Shown: in pieces, positions 8,951-16,905 of the stretch | How the letters are laid out: every line of letters starts with the position of its first letter | Numbering within the stretch: the stretch's first letter is position 1 | Source: a virus | DNA: 46,031 nucleotides | Strand: one strand, 5' to 3' | UHGV virus genome: UHGV-2109381 | The notes under the pieces: model-generated | Database searches by the model: none | Told to the model about the DNA's origin: nothing | The model's input: only the letters and a program-made list of their open reading frames with translations | Made by a program: the position numbers and the translations under genes

Positions 8951-9086
8951 CAGTACGGCAGCCGCAATCCTGGCATACTACAAAATGCCATTGCCCATCC
9001 TTGTTCCGCATGGAATTTTCGCTACCGCAAAACGGACACTCTAGTAATTTCTCATCATTCATCATTGGTTTCATTTCGCCACCCAT
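8838..9086 (-). CDS. Lar-like restriction-alleviation family protein.
   Basis: 82 aa carrying CPFCGS...CQDCGC. This Zn-ribbon pattern is characteristic of Lar-family proteins from Rac-like prophages. Confidence 0.5.
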   Translation of the reverse strand: MGGEMKPMMNDEKLLECPFCGSENSMRNKDGQWHFVVCQDCGCRTDDWMVAATAIIKWNTRNGHLYTADDYKQDAMERANGL

Positions 9087-9262
9087 TCACCAATATTGCT
9101 GAAATGCGGGCGCCCTTCGCGCCACTCAATAATTTCGCGGTTAACCTGCCGTTGCATGCGGTTGCGAACCTCGCGCAATTCGCTTTCAACCCAGGCTCGA
9201 GTACGGTCAAGTTCCTCCAGCTTGTTCAGCAACTCTTTTTCGTACACCTGATCAGCATTCAT
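9071..9262 (-). CDS. Hypothetical coiled-coil protein.
   Basis: 63 aa. ATG with a GGAGAG SD. Confidence 0.45.
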   Translation of the reverse strand: MNADQVYEKELLNKLEELDRTRAWVESELREVRNRMQRQVNREIIEWREGRPHFSNIGEWVAK

Positions 9263-9345
9263 TTTTTCTCTCCATCAGCACTTTGTAGTGAACGCCATAA
9301 TATTTGAGCACCTGACTATGGCTGTGCAGATACCCGTCATCATCT

Positions 9346-9561
9346 TCAATCGGTAGTCTTACCACGACGTAAAACGCCCGGTAGAGTTCTGTCCATCCAT
9401 GACAACATTTGCGCTTCCTCGGCTTCATGGGCGGCCTCCATAGCAGCGAGGTCAATGCGCTGCTCGATAGATTTAATGATTGACTCTGGCACATTAAGCA
9501 TTTGCAGAGCCTCCCGGCAATCGCGCTTATGAACTTCTGTCACCTCCTGCCACTTCTTCAT
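9346..9561 (-). CDS. Hypothetical protein, first gene of a leftward operon.
   Basis: The internal ATG at 9561 (MKKWQEV...) has a GAGGTGGTG SD and lies just downstream of a minus-strand promoter-like region containing gtagat. The track ORF extends to 9690 without start signals. Confidence 0.5.
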   Translation of the reverse strand: MKKWQEVTEVHKRDCREALQMLNVPESIIKSIEQRIDLAAMEAAHEAEEAQMLSWMDRTLPGVLRRGKTTD

Positions 9562-9607
9562 TCCACACCACCTCTCGCAACTATGATACAATCTACAACA
9601 CCTAGTA

Positions 9608-9645
9608 TTGACTAATTGACGTAGATTAGTCAAGATGATTTCACA
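9608..9645 (+). promoter_or_regulatory. Promoter with tandem -35 elements and the TTGACGTAGATT motif, serving the plus-strand cluster 9657..11207.
   Basis: ttgactaaTTGACGTAGATTagtcaagatgatttcac sits directly upstream of the ATG at 9657. Confidence 0.5.
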
Positions 9646-9656
9646 GGAGAGCGACA

Positions 9657-9857
9657 ATGGCGAGACAACGCAAAGAACCACTGGAAGCACTGACTGAAAT
9701 TATCGCTAAGCGCCAGCCGTTAAGCCTGCGAGATGTCAGATATTACGCGCACTGCTATGTAGCAATGCGGGAATGGAGCGCTGAAGAAATGTATGCGTTT
9801 GTGCGCGAACACTTCAGTGTGGATGAGAAAAACAAGGTTACGCTGAGGGTGGAGTGA
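9657..9857 (+). CDS. Hypothetical protein.
   Basis: 66 aa ORF with SD GGAGAG. Confidence 0.5.
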   Translation: MARQRKEPLEALTEIIAKRQPLSLRDVRYYAHCYVAMREWSAEEMYAFVREHFSVDEKNKVTLRVE

Positions 9858-10327
9858 TGAAATACAAATACCTGAAGGGAAGTGCTGATTATTTTAATGG
9901 TCATGAAGATGCCGTTCTTGCTGTAAAATCAGCAACCAGTGGCAAAATCCACTACCTCAGCGCGGATTATGCAGGGCGAGATAAGGATATCGAAAAGTCT
10001 GGCGATATTGTTATCGCTCATCGTGAGCCAGTAGCTGATGATGACTTGAATGGGCGCGCCAGCTCCACAGAAGCCCTCATCACCGAGCGCGGCAGCCGTT
10101 ATGGCAAATTCAAATATGGCGCAGATATCATGCAGTCACTGAAAGACACCATGCGCGACGTTGACGGCTGGAATACCCTGACGGCGAGCCAGAAGGAGGC
10201 GCTCGACATGATTCAGCATAAAATCGGTAGAATCCTGAATGGCGACCCGACATACGACGATAGCTGGAAAGACATTGCTGGCTATGCAACATTAATTGTT
10301 AATGAACTGAATGGGGAGGTAAAGTGA
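9854..10327 (+). CDS. Hypothetical protein, possibly MazG-like nucleotide pyrophosphohydrolase fold.
   Basis: 157 aa. Acidic helices (EALDMIQHKIGRIL, TERGSRYGKF) are reminiscent of the MazG/dATP-dGTP pyrophosphohydrolase N-domain. This is similarity by eye only. Confidence 0.3.
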   Translation: MMKYKYLKGSADYFNGHEDAVLAVKSATSGKIHYLSADYAGRDKDIEKSGDIVIAHREPVADDDLNGRASSTEALITERGSRYGKFKYGADIMQSLKDTMRDVDGWNTLTASQKEALDMIQHKIGRILNGDPTYDDSWKDIAGYATLIVNELNGEVK

Positions 10328-10551
10328 TGGCACAATGCAAAATCACTGAAGCACAAGAGTCGGGGCACTTTGAGTGCAATGGGTTTGCCGCACGATTAAA
10401 AGGCAAGCACCTGACTATTGAAGTGACCGGTGACAGGGTCAGCATCTTATATGATGGCAGCGTATTCACCATTGATGAGGTTGGGGAGATTATAAAATGC
10501 ATCCAGCACATCAACAAAAGTGTTAGCAAAGCATCGATGGTGAAACTATGA
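10324..10551 (+). CDS. Hypothetical protein.
   Basis: 75 aa ORF, coupled by ATGA overlaps. Confidence 0.4.
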   Translation: MMAQCKITEAQESGHFECNGFAARLKGKHLTIEVTGDRVSILYDGSVFTIDEVGEIIKCIQHINKSVSKASMVKL

Positions 10552-10910
10552 AAAGACTCCTGAAAAACATCGCATGGGATATCTTCCTGATGTGGCCGCT
10601 GATTTACTTCGGCCTGTTTATGCAGAATGTGTATGCATACAATATGGCTGTGGCTTTTTTCTGGTTCATGTCGATTGCGTCAATCATTACATCGGTTGGT
10701 TTGCTGTCAAGCAAAGACCTGCTTGATAAATCCGTTGCTCGCTACAAAAAGCCGCTATGGATTCATCATAAATACCAGGTTGTGACGACATTTTGCGAAA
10801 TAGCAGTAATGTTCGCGCTTGGTTATTTCTGGCTTGGTGGATTTTATCTGACCGCGACGCTGTTTCGCGCTGCCGCCAAGGAAAAAGTGACAGAGGAGGC
10901 TGGTAAATAA
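10548..10910 (+). CDS. Integral membrane protein with four predicted TM helices. A superinfection-exclusion or immunity role is a candidate.
   Basis: Hydrophobic segments MWPLIYFGLFM, VAFFWFMSIASIITSVGLL, FCEIAVMFALGYFWLGGFYL. Confidence 0.45.
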   Translation: MKRLLKNIAWDIFLMWPLIYFGLFMQNVYAYNMAVAFFWFMSIASIITSVGLLSSKDLLDKSVARYKKPLWIHHKYQVVTTFCEIAVMFALGYFWLGGFYLTATLFRAAAKEKVTEEAGK

Positions 10911-11050
10911 TGCCGGTAAAGCAGAATAGAGTACCAAAGGCCTACATCATCACCAGCAACCGTGGCCGCCGCTATCTGGCTTTTGCTGGTAGTGTTGAGC
11001 ATCAGAACGCGGCCATGTTTGGGTATAAAATTAAACCACTGTATGAGTGA
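10910..11050 (+). CDS. Hypothetical 46-aa protein.
   Basis: Its ATG overlaps the upstream stop (taaATG). It ends at TGA 11048-11050. Confidence 0.3.
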   Translation: MPVKQNRVPKAYIITSNRGRRYLAFAGSVEHQNAAMFGYKIKPLYE

Positions 11051-11057
11051 GAGAAAA

Positions 11058-11207
11058 ATGGAAGAGAAAAAGTATGTTGTTGAGTTCACTGAGGGTGAGC
11101 TTAATCAGGTAATGGAGTGTATCAAGCAGGCGTGGGCCGATGGCTTTGAAGATAAAGACCTTGAGAGCGCAGGAAGCAAGATTGTCGACAGGCTTAATGA
11201 CCTGTAA
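11058..11207 (+). CDS. Hypothetical 49-aa acidic protein.
   Basis: ATG behind a GAGTGAGAGAAAA SD. The track ORF 10962 start lacks signals. Confidence 0.35.
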   Translation: MEEKKYVVEFTEGELNQVMECIKQAWADGFEDKDLESAGSKIVDRLNDL

Positions 11208-11210
11208 AAC

Positions 11211-11236
11211 AAAGCCCCTTTACGGGGCTTTTTTAT
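11211..11236. terminator. Bidirectional rho-independent terminator between the plus cluster and the lysis cassette.
   Basis: aaagcccctttacggggctttttt. Confidence 0.7.
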
Positions 11237-11714
11237 TACGGAGGGAGTTGTATTGTGCCTGGCACGTCAATCCCGCTTCTCTTGCTGAGTCAGCATATTC
11301 TGCCAGTTGTCGATTTCTTTCGACAGATTCGCTGAGCAGTTGGGAGAGCAAAACTCCGGTACTGGCGGTTGGATTGCCAATGGACTCAGCGCGGGAATAA
11401 TCGACGAGCTGCTTTCTGATTGTGGCGAGCTGTTGCTGCAACCTGCCAGACTTAACAGCAGCAGCGGAAGCATCAGCACGCGCGGCATCAATGCGGCCTT
11501 GCGCTTCCTGCTCGATGGTCTTTTTGTCTTGCTCATGTTGTTCGCTTGCCTCTTTGTCTTTGACCTTCTGTGCCTCTACGGCGGCCAGATATCCAGAGTT
11601 ATATTTCTCCTTCCCGTAATTGACCCACTTCCCGTAGATAATCAGCGCCAGCAGTGCTACGCCGATAATGGCCGCAACAACTTTCCAGTTAGCCTTGAGG
11701 ATTTGCAGAATCAT
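11220..11714 (-). CDS. Inner-membrane spanin, i-spanin (Rz-like).
   Basis: N-terminal TM segment VVAAIIGVALLALIIYG is followed by a long coiled-coil periplasmic domain. The lipoprotein ORF is embedded in its +1 frame. Confidence 0.7.
   Translation of the reverse strand: MILQILKANWKVVAAIIGVALLALIIYGKWVNYGKEKYNSGYLAAVEAQKVKDKEASEQHEQDKKTIEQEAQGRIDAARADASAAAVKSGRLQQQLATIRKQLVDYSRAESIGNPTASTGVLLSQLLSESVERNRQLAEYADSAREAGLTCQAQYNSLRNKKAP
11267..11536 (-). CDS. Outer-membrane spanin, o-spanin (Rz1-like lipoprotein), embedded within the i-spanin gene.
   Basis: Signal peptide with a lipobox (LLLLSLAGC), then a Pro/Ser-rich mature part. It lies entirely inside 11220..11714 in another frame. Confidence 0.65.
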   Translation of the reverse strand: MSKTKRPSSRKRKAALMPRVLMLPLLLLSLAGCSNSSPQSESSSSIIPALSPLAIQPPVPEFCSPNCSANLSKEIDNWQNMLTQQEKRD

Positions 11715-11934
11715 TTTTCAGCGCCTTAATCTCTTTCTTCATGCCGTGCATTTTTCCAAACAGCGAGGCAATAAGGATGCTGTAGCTGATCGCCTTGACC
11801 GCAATCGGTGGAATGGAAGACTTTAAGTCTTCCGGCATGAATGCCCATACATGAACCATAGCGTCAGGCCAGAGCTGAATCAGCGAGCAGAATGACGCCC
11901 AAATGCCGATAAGCCAGTTAGTTAGGCGCCTCAT
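11689..11934 (-). CDS. Holin, putative, with two TM segments.
   Basis: 81 aa. TM segments are LIGIWASFCSLIQLW and IAVKAISYSILIASLF. It sits between the endolysin and the spanins. Confidence 0.55.
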   Translation of the reverse strand: MRRLTNWLIGIWASFCSLIQLWPDAMVHVWAFMPEDLKSSIPPIAVKAISYSILIASLFGKMHGMKKEIKALKNDSANPQG

Positions 11935-12365
11935 GACATGTAGACCTGACGTTCATCTGCGCGGCGCTTGGTCAGTCCGTTCATGACCTTGCCATTAGCG
12001 CGATTCCATACCCGGAACTGGTCTGCGGCGCAGGTGTAGCAGCGGGAGTTATGCTTTTTCAGCAGAGTTGATTTGCCAAAGTTACCAAGCCCGATGTTGT
12101 AGGCCAGCGACACCATTGCATCAAACTGGCCCTGAGTTGTTGGGGCGGTGATGAGTGACGAGACGCCGCTTTCAAATTTCGCTACGTCGTCACGCAGCAT
12201 CTTTTCCGCTTGCTGTGCGGTGATAACCATGCCTGGCTTAACGCCTTTGGTTGTACCGTAACCGATAGTCCACGGCGCTCCGCCAGTGGCTGGGTCTGGA
12301 TATGCCTTCGAGCTGTAACCCTCGAATTGTTTAATTAAATCAATGCCACGCTGCGATAGTTTCAT
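11931..12365 (-). CDS. Endolysin, a phage lysozyme of the glycoside hydrolase 24 (T4-lysozyme) fold.
   Basis: IDLIKQFEGYSSKAYPDPATGGAPWTIGYGTT is a match to the phage lysozyme catalytic E-x8-D/x5-T region. Confidence 0.8.
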   Translation of the reverse strand: MKLSQRGIDLIKQFEGYSSKAYPDPATGGAPWTIGYGTTKGVKPGMVITAQQAEKMLRDDVAKFESGVSSLITAPTTQGQFDAMVSLAYNIGLGNFGKSTLLKKHNSRCYTCAADQFRVWNRANGKVMNGLTKRRADERQVYMS

Positions 12366-12406
12366 TTGTTACCTCCGGTGATGCAGATTATTTTATCACA
12401 ATAGTC

Positions 12407-12441
12407 TTGACGTAGATTGAATCGTAAGCGATGATGTAGAT
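12407..12441 (+). promoter_or_regulatory. Promoter with the phage motif, upstream of the secreted-protein gene.
   Basis: cTTGACGTAGATTGAatcgtaagcGATGATGTAGATac, then an AGGAGA SD and the ATG at 12465. Confidence 0.55.
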
Positions 12442-12464
12442 ACACAAACACAGGAGAGTAAAAA

Positions 12465-12755
12465 ATGAAAAAATTAATCGCAGCAGCAGTATTCGCAATG
12501 GCTTCATTTGGTGCGTCGGCTGGCGAGTTTTGCAATGCAGTTGGTGAGTTCGGTGAAGCGGCAGCAGAAGCCCGTGATGCTGGCGTATCAAAGCAGCTCG
12601 CGCTGATTGTTTCTTTTGGAGGCCAGTATGGCGCTGAATTTAACCAACTCAGCAAGGCCATCGTTGATGGGGCATACAAAATGACAGACAAGACACCGAA
12701 AGAAGTGGCCGCTGTCGCACGTGAAGTCTGCCTGTCAACGATTGGTGACAAATAA
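12465..12755 (+). CDS. Small secreted/periplasmic protein with an N-terminal signal peptide.
   Basis: MKKLIAAAVFAMASFGASA|GE is a canonical Sec signal with AxA cleavage. It has a strong SD and its own promoter. The antisense ORF 12362..12751 is rejected. Confidence 0.6.
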   Translation: MKKLIAAAVFAMASFGASAGEFCNAVGEFGEAAAEARDAGVSKQLALIVSFGGQYGAEFNQLSKAIVDGAYKMTDKTPKEVAAVAREVCLSTIGDK

Positions 12756-12882
12756 TGTGCCCGCTACTGATGTTTAAGGCCCGCAATCGCTACGTAAGGC
12801 TGGTGATGCGCGGAATGGATGAGCATGCAGCATGGCTGAATGTGATGGGTGAACTGAAAAGCATTTATAACGGAGAGAAGAA

Positions 12883-13489
12883 ATGAAACTGATTGATATG
12901 CTGGTTGAGGATGGCCTGAATGGCTGGCAATGGCCTGATGGGGTGGAGTGTATTACACAGGATAATGGGAGCAGCATATACAAAGGGGTAGCATTTGGAT
13001 ACCATAAAGCGCCTTATCTTAAAAAAAAACATATGGTTAGCAAATAACGGAACAGGTCACGCAGACGCAAAAATAAAAAAATATGACGTCGTTGCTGACG
13101 ATTGGGACACCGCCATCATCACCCGTGAACAGTACGAAACCGCGCTGGCTGCCAAAAATGACGGCTGGATTAATTGGGGTGGTGGTGAATGCCCTGTGAG
13201 TGCCAGTGAAATGGTTGATGTTATATTCGGACATGGCGGAAGAATGTCGGCCAACATCGCAGACTGTTGGCGCTGGAGTCACGACGGAACTGATTCTGAT
13301 ATCATCGCCTACCGTCTGCACCAGCCGCAGGAAGCAGAGCGTAAGCGCGATGAAGCTGTACAGGCGTTATGCTATGCGGGCGTAGGTAATGGAAAAGTTG
13401 ATGAGAAGGCAGGTTATGGTTCTTGCTGGTTTGACGTGTACGACGCCATCGCGGCCGGTAAAATTCCTGGAGTGAAGCTGGAGGATTGA
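12883..13489 (+). CDS. Hypothetical protein encoded in two frames joined at an A9 homopolymer (13021..13029). ORF 12883..13047 is followed by a +1-frame ORF continuing to 13489.
   Basis: The ATG at 12883 follows a GGAGAGAAG SD. The downstream 164-aa frame has no ATG or SD near its 5' end, and the track start is a TTG at 12995. The two frames overlap across cttAAAAAAAAAcat. Confidence 0.35.
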
Positions 13490-13593
13490 TATGTGCAGAA
13501 TGAGCAAGAAAGACTCGCCGGAAGAATTGTTGTGGCGCCACTATGATGCTTACTTGTGAGTCCGTGTCGGTAATTTTCAGTTGAGGAAATATT

Positions 13594-13722
13594 ATGGTTT
13601 GGTTTGTCCCTTTCGCGCTTGGTGTGGCGTATGGTGTTTTTGGCATCACAACGAGCGATAAGCAATTGTTGATAAGTGCAAATGTCTGGATGGCCGTAGC
13701 ATATATGGTTGCCCGCAAATGA
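13594..13722 (+). CDS. Small membrane protein of 42 aa.
   Basis: GAGGAAA SD, then a hydrophobic peptide MVWFVPFALGVAYGVFGI...MAVAYMV. Terminator directly follows. Confidence 0.35.
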   Translation: MVWFVPFALGVAYGVFGITTSDKQLLISANVWMAVAYMVARK

Positions 13723-13726
13723 AATA

Positions 13727-13752
13727 AGGCCCTCTAAGTGAGGGCTTTTTTG
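13727..13752. terminator. Bidirectional hairpin terminator overlapping the 3' end of the minus-strand minor head gene.
   Basis: aaggccctctaagtgagggcttttttg. Confidence 0.65.
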
Positions 13753-14633
13753 TGCGTATCCTGCCAAGCCTCACGCTGCTTATCGAGCCTTTCTTGCGTC
13801 TTCTCAAGTATAACCGGCTTGCCATCCATCACCAGCGCCGGAGTCTGTGCGCAGTGACAATTCCTGCGGTTTGCGCCCTCACTGTAGAACTCATCAATCT
13901 CTTCCGGGGTGTAATATTTCCCATGACGCGCGGCATGAGTGACGCGGGTGGTCTTCATCAGCGCCGACTGCCAGAGCATGATGGTGTCCATACCCAGCGT
14001 GACTTGCGCCTCTTTCACTTCGCGCCTGTTGGCTTCGCGCAGGGTGTTGGTGATTTCAGTCTGAGCAATTGATCGCGCATAGCTCCTTGATACGTCCATG
14101 CGGTTAACGATGTTTTGCTCAACCACTCCCGGAGCGTCGCCATTTGCAATTCCAGCAGTGATAACCTCTGCCACCTGTTGCCGCGTGTAATCTGAAAGGC
14201 CACCCCAATCGTTATACGTGCGCGCATACGCAAGCTGAAGCCTGTCGAGATACGGCTGAGAGTACAGAATTTCAGCAAGCGGTCTGCTGTCTTTGTATGC
14301 CGACGACAGGTCGCCAAGGTCTGAGTTAGCCTTCTGCGTACCGGCATACATGGCGTCGCTGACGTAGGATGAGGCCCACAACCTTCCGTGCGTGAAATCA
14401 TCACCTTCCAGCAGCTGACCATCAAGAATGCGCTGAAGCTCATCAAAGAATGTCGATGCGCGGTAAGCGGAGAAATCATAATAATAATTTCCAGTCTCGG
14501 CATTACCGGTCGCCACAGGAATAGTACGGAACAACTCGGCAACCTGCGATTTTAACGTCACATATCTGGCGTCAACATCGCGCACCATCTTATTGACGCG
14601 ACCCACTGCTCCGAGTGGGTCTGTCAGGCTCAT
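13734..14633 (-). CDS. Minor head/head-morphogenesis protein (Mu gpF / SPP1 gp7-like).
   Basis: Size, its position directly after the portal, and its composition fit the Mu-F-like family. The start is taken as the ATG at 14633 (MSLTDPLG...), 25 nt after the portal stop. The track ORF extends to 14801, overlapping the portal. Confidence 0.5.
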   Translation of the reverse strand: MSLTDPLGAVGRVNKMVRDVDARYVTLKSQVAELFRTIPVATGNAETGNYYYDFSAYRASTFFDELQRILDGQLLEGDDFTHGRLWASSYVSDAMYAGTQKANSDLGDLSSAYKDSRPLAEILYSQPYLDRLQLAYARTYNDWGGLSDYTRQQVAEVITAGIANGDAPGVVEQNIVNRMDVSRSYARSIAQTEITNTLREANRREVKEAQVTLGMDTIMLWQSALMKTTRVTHAARHGKYYTPEEIDEFYSEGANRRNCHCAQTPALVMDGKPVILEKTQERLDKQREAWQDTHKKALT

Positions 14634-14661
14634 GCTTAATTTTGGCTGCGGAAGCCGGGCA

Positions 14662-16113
14662 TTAATTTTGAGGAGGCGCATCGGTCTGGCCCTGCTGTTG
14701 GTCTTGCTGTGATTGCTGGTCTTGCTGCTGCTGACCTTCCTGCAATCCTTCAGGAAGCCGCCCTTCCAGAGGCTCCATACCAACAATGCCGCGCATCTCA
14801 TCGGCGGTCATCAGGGCCATCTGCCCTGCATCGAATACGGATTTGTTTGCAGTGGCAAGCTTGACGAGCAGGTCGGCCTTATTCAGCTCGGAAGGTGCAA
14901 GCAGGTCATCCCATTTGCAGTAATAACCGCTCTCCGGCGCTTTATCCAGGATGCCAAAGGAAATCATCCGGTCGATGAACACCGAGATGATGTAGTCCAG
15001 CCAGTCCTCACGGCGCTGTTTGGCGCTCATGGCGTCGTCGGTTTTATCCTCATCGGATGCAAGGCGGCCAGTCTGCTGACCAAACAGGATGGTGAATGGC
15101 TTCTTGATGGATGCTGCAAACTGGTTGGCTGCAATAGTCCACGTTGGCCCTGGGTCTGCTGGCGTCACTGAGAGCACTTTGACATCGGCGCCCATCGTGA
15201 ACATCGCCGCGTCAATAGCCTCATTCAGGCGCGCCACATCCTCATTGAGCACATCTGCCAGCTCTTCCAGCGGCACACCCATTTGCTGCGCCAGAGACTG
15301 AGCGGAAACGTTGTCTTTATTATAATTAACGTTGAGCTGTCGGCTTGCATTCTTCAGGAAGCCCTCGGAGCTTGATCCGGTGACTTTCGCCATGTCGATG
15401 AGGTGGTTATACCCGGCGCGCAGAAGCGGAACGCCAGAGTAAATTGAACCATCCATCGCGCCTTCGGCAAATACGATTACGCGGTCAGGGTGAATGCTCA
15501 GGGAGCGCGTTGGCTTGCCGTCGCTGTTGCAGGCGCCGACTACCGACTCCTGATATTCGTACATCTTCGGCTGACCATAGTCCTCACTGGCTTCGTCGTT
15601 TTCCCACTCGCTAACGCGAAGCTGCTCTTCCCATACCGGAATGTAACGGACAATGGCAGCATCCTTGATGCGTCTTGTTTTCGTGGTGTCTACCGGCTCA
15701 TTCCACTGCTTTCCGTCACGGATTTGCAGTATGAGGCCGGAGTAGCGGTTAATGAGGTTTCTGCGGTCAGCATCCTTGATGAATGGCGCAGCACGCTTAA
15801 ACAGCTTATTGGCGGCCTTCTCCCACGAGGTGCTTGCTTTGTCATCGGCGCCTTCTTCGAGGATTTGCGGCGGAGTCTGCCAGCACTTATCGAGTACGCG
15901 ATTGACGCCAGCAGTTGCCGGTGCATAGCGCTCATAGGCATAGCGGAACATCTCGGCGGTGATTTCATCGGGGTAGCCACATTCGACCCAAAGACGATCG
16001 TGTTTGTGGTCGATATTCTTCCCACCAAACTCCCGACGCTGCCGCTCGATGAGCCTGTTATTGTTCGCCACTCGCTGCTGAATATAGGCGTTTACCGCCT
16101 CTAACTTTGACAT
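14662..16113 (-). CDS. Portal protein.
   Basis: 483 aa with an acidic/Gln-rich C-terminal tail ([19 protein letters not shown]). It lies between the terminase genes and the head morphogenesis gene. Confidence 0.6.
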   Translation of the reverse strand: MSKLEAVNAYIQQRVANNNRLIERQRREFGGKNIDHKHDRLWVECGYPDEITAEMFRYAYERYAPATAGVNRVLDKCWQTPPQILEEGADDKASTSWEKAANKLFKRAAPFIKDADRRNLINRYSGLILQIRDGKQWNEPVDTTKTRRIKDAAIVRYIPVWEEQLRVSEWENDEASEDYGQPKMYEYQESVVGACNSDGKPTRSLSIHPDRVIVFAEGAMDGSIYSGVPLLRAGYNHLIDMAKVTGSSSEGFLKNASRQLNVNYNKDNVSAQSLAQQMGVPLEELADVLNEDVARLNEAIDAAMFTMGADVKVLSVTPADPGPTWTIAANQFAASIKKPFTILFGQQTGRLASDEDKTDDAMSAKQRREDWLDYIISVFIDRMISFGILDKAPESGYYCKWDDLLAPSELNKADLLVKLATANKSVFDAGQMALMTADEMRGIVGMEPLEGRLPEGLQEGQQQQDQQSQQDQQQGQTDAPPQN

Positions 16114-16166
16114 TTCGTCACCATAAAAAATCCCATCGCATGGATGGGATTATAGCATGGTCATGG

Positions 16167-16376
16167 TTAATCTTTTTCGACCTGGAATGGGTATCTCTTC
16201 CTGAATCTTCCAAGCGCGCAAAATACATTGTGCTCGGCGCCATAGTTAAAATGAACCTGATGGCCGCCTCCAGCACGCACAACATTAAGACATAATGCCA
16301 CCTGCCCTGTGTGTGACTCGTACTTTTTGCCAACCATCTCCTCGCGGATTGACTCTGTAGTTTTAAAGTGCATCAC
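16167..16376 (-). CDS. Hypothetical protein.
   Basis: 69 aa ORF. Its ATGA overlap with 16373..16558 supports it over the alternative frame 16118..16333. Confidence 0.35.
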   Translation of the reverse strand: MMHFKTTESIREEMVGKKYESHTGQVALCLNVVRAGGGHQVHFNYGAEHNVFCALGRFRKRYPFQVEKD

Positions 16377-16558
16377 TTCACCTCAACGCATTGTAAACTG
16401 TCAACATCTGGACTTACATCATGCCACGTCCGCTTTTCCTCGGCGATTTTCATTGCCGTAACGGCCGCCTGACACTGCTCCATGCTTTGCATTGGCACCA
16501 CCTGCATATTGGACGTATTGCTTGTGATTACGAATACCAGGAAGAAATACGACATCAC
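16373..16558 (-). CDS. Hypothetical small protein.
   Basis: 61 aa with a hydrophobic N-terminus. Coupled on both sides. Confidence 0.35.
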   Translation of the reverse strand: MMSYFFLVFVITSNTSNMQVVPMQSMEQCQAAVTAMKIAEEKRTWHDVSPDVDSLQCVEVK

Positions 16559-16776
16559 TTTACCTCATCATCAACCAGTGACCGGAACCATGCGGGGTAT
16601 GACTTCGCGCCGAGTTTATGGTCAACATTCTGAATATAATGCGCCGCATCATCCAGCTTGTCGGAAAGATAATAAAGCGACTTTCTTGCGCCAATAAGCA
16701 TGGCGCCACAGATTAGCATCACAATCAGATGCGGGTTGATGATGCAGAACAGGATTGTTTTGACGGCTTTAATCAT
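16555..16776 (-). CDS. Small membrane protein.
   Basis: 73 aa. TM segment LFCIINPHLIVMLICGAMLIGA. Confidence 0.4.
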   Translation of the reverse strand: MIKAVKTILFCIINPHLIVMLICGAMLIGARKSLYYLSDKLDDAAHYIQNVDHKLGAKSYPAWFRSLVDDEVK

Positions 16777-16905
16777 TCCACCTTTTCGAATTTGTCGATG
16801 ATTAACTTGTCATCTCTTCCGGTCCCTCATTTTGCTGCGAACAATGCAGCGCGCCGCTGTCGCTTAGGAACAATTTAACATCGTGAAAATACTCACCATC
16901 AATAA

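Noticed and set aside
11307-11729. 140-aa plus-strand ORF antisense to the spanin genes, and 11422..11619.
   Set aside because: Antisense shadow ORFs. The minus-strand i-spanin/o-spanin architecture is canonical.
12362-12751. 129-aa minus-strand ORF overlapping the secreted-protein gene.
   Set aside because: It is Ala/Ser/Pro-rich and low-complexity, with no SD. The plus-strand ORF has a promoter, a strong SD and a signal peptide.
13302-13767. Minus-strand ORFs 13302..13718 and 13414..13767 across the small plus-strand genes.
   Set aside because: They are Pro/Ser/His-rich with no SD. They span a bidirectional terminator.
15490-16104. 204-aa plus-strand ORF antisense to the portal gene, and 15690..16028 on the minus strand in an alternative frame.
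   Set aside because: These are shadow ORFs within a well-supported portal gene.
16118-16333. 71-aa minus-strand ORF in an alternative frame to 16167..16376.
   Set aside because: The frame 16167..16376 is translationally coupled (ATGA) to the upstream gene, so it was preferred. Neither is strongly supported.
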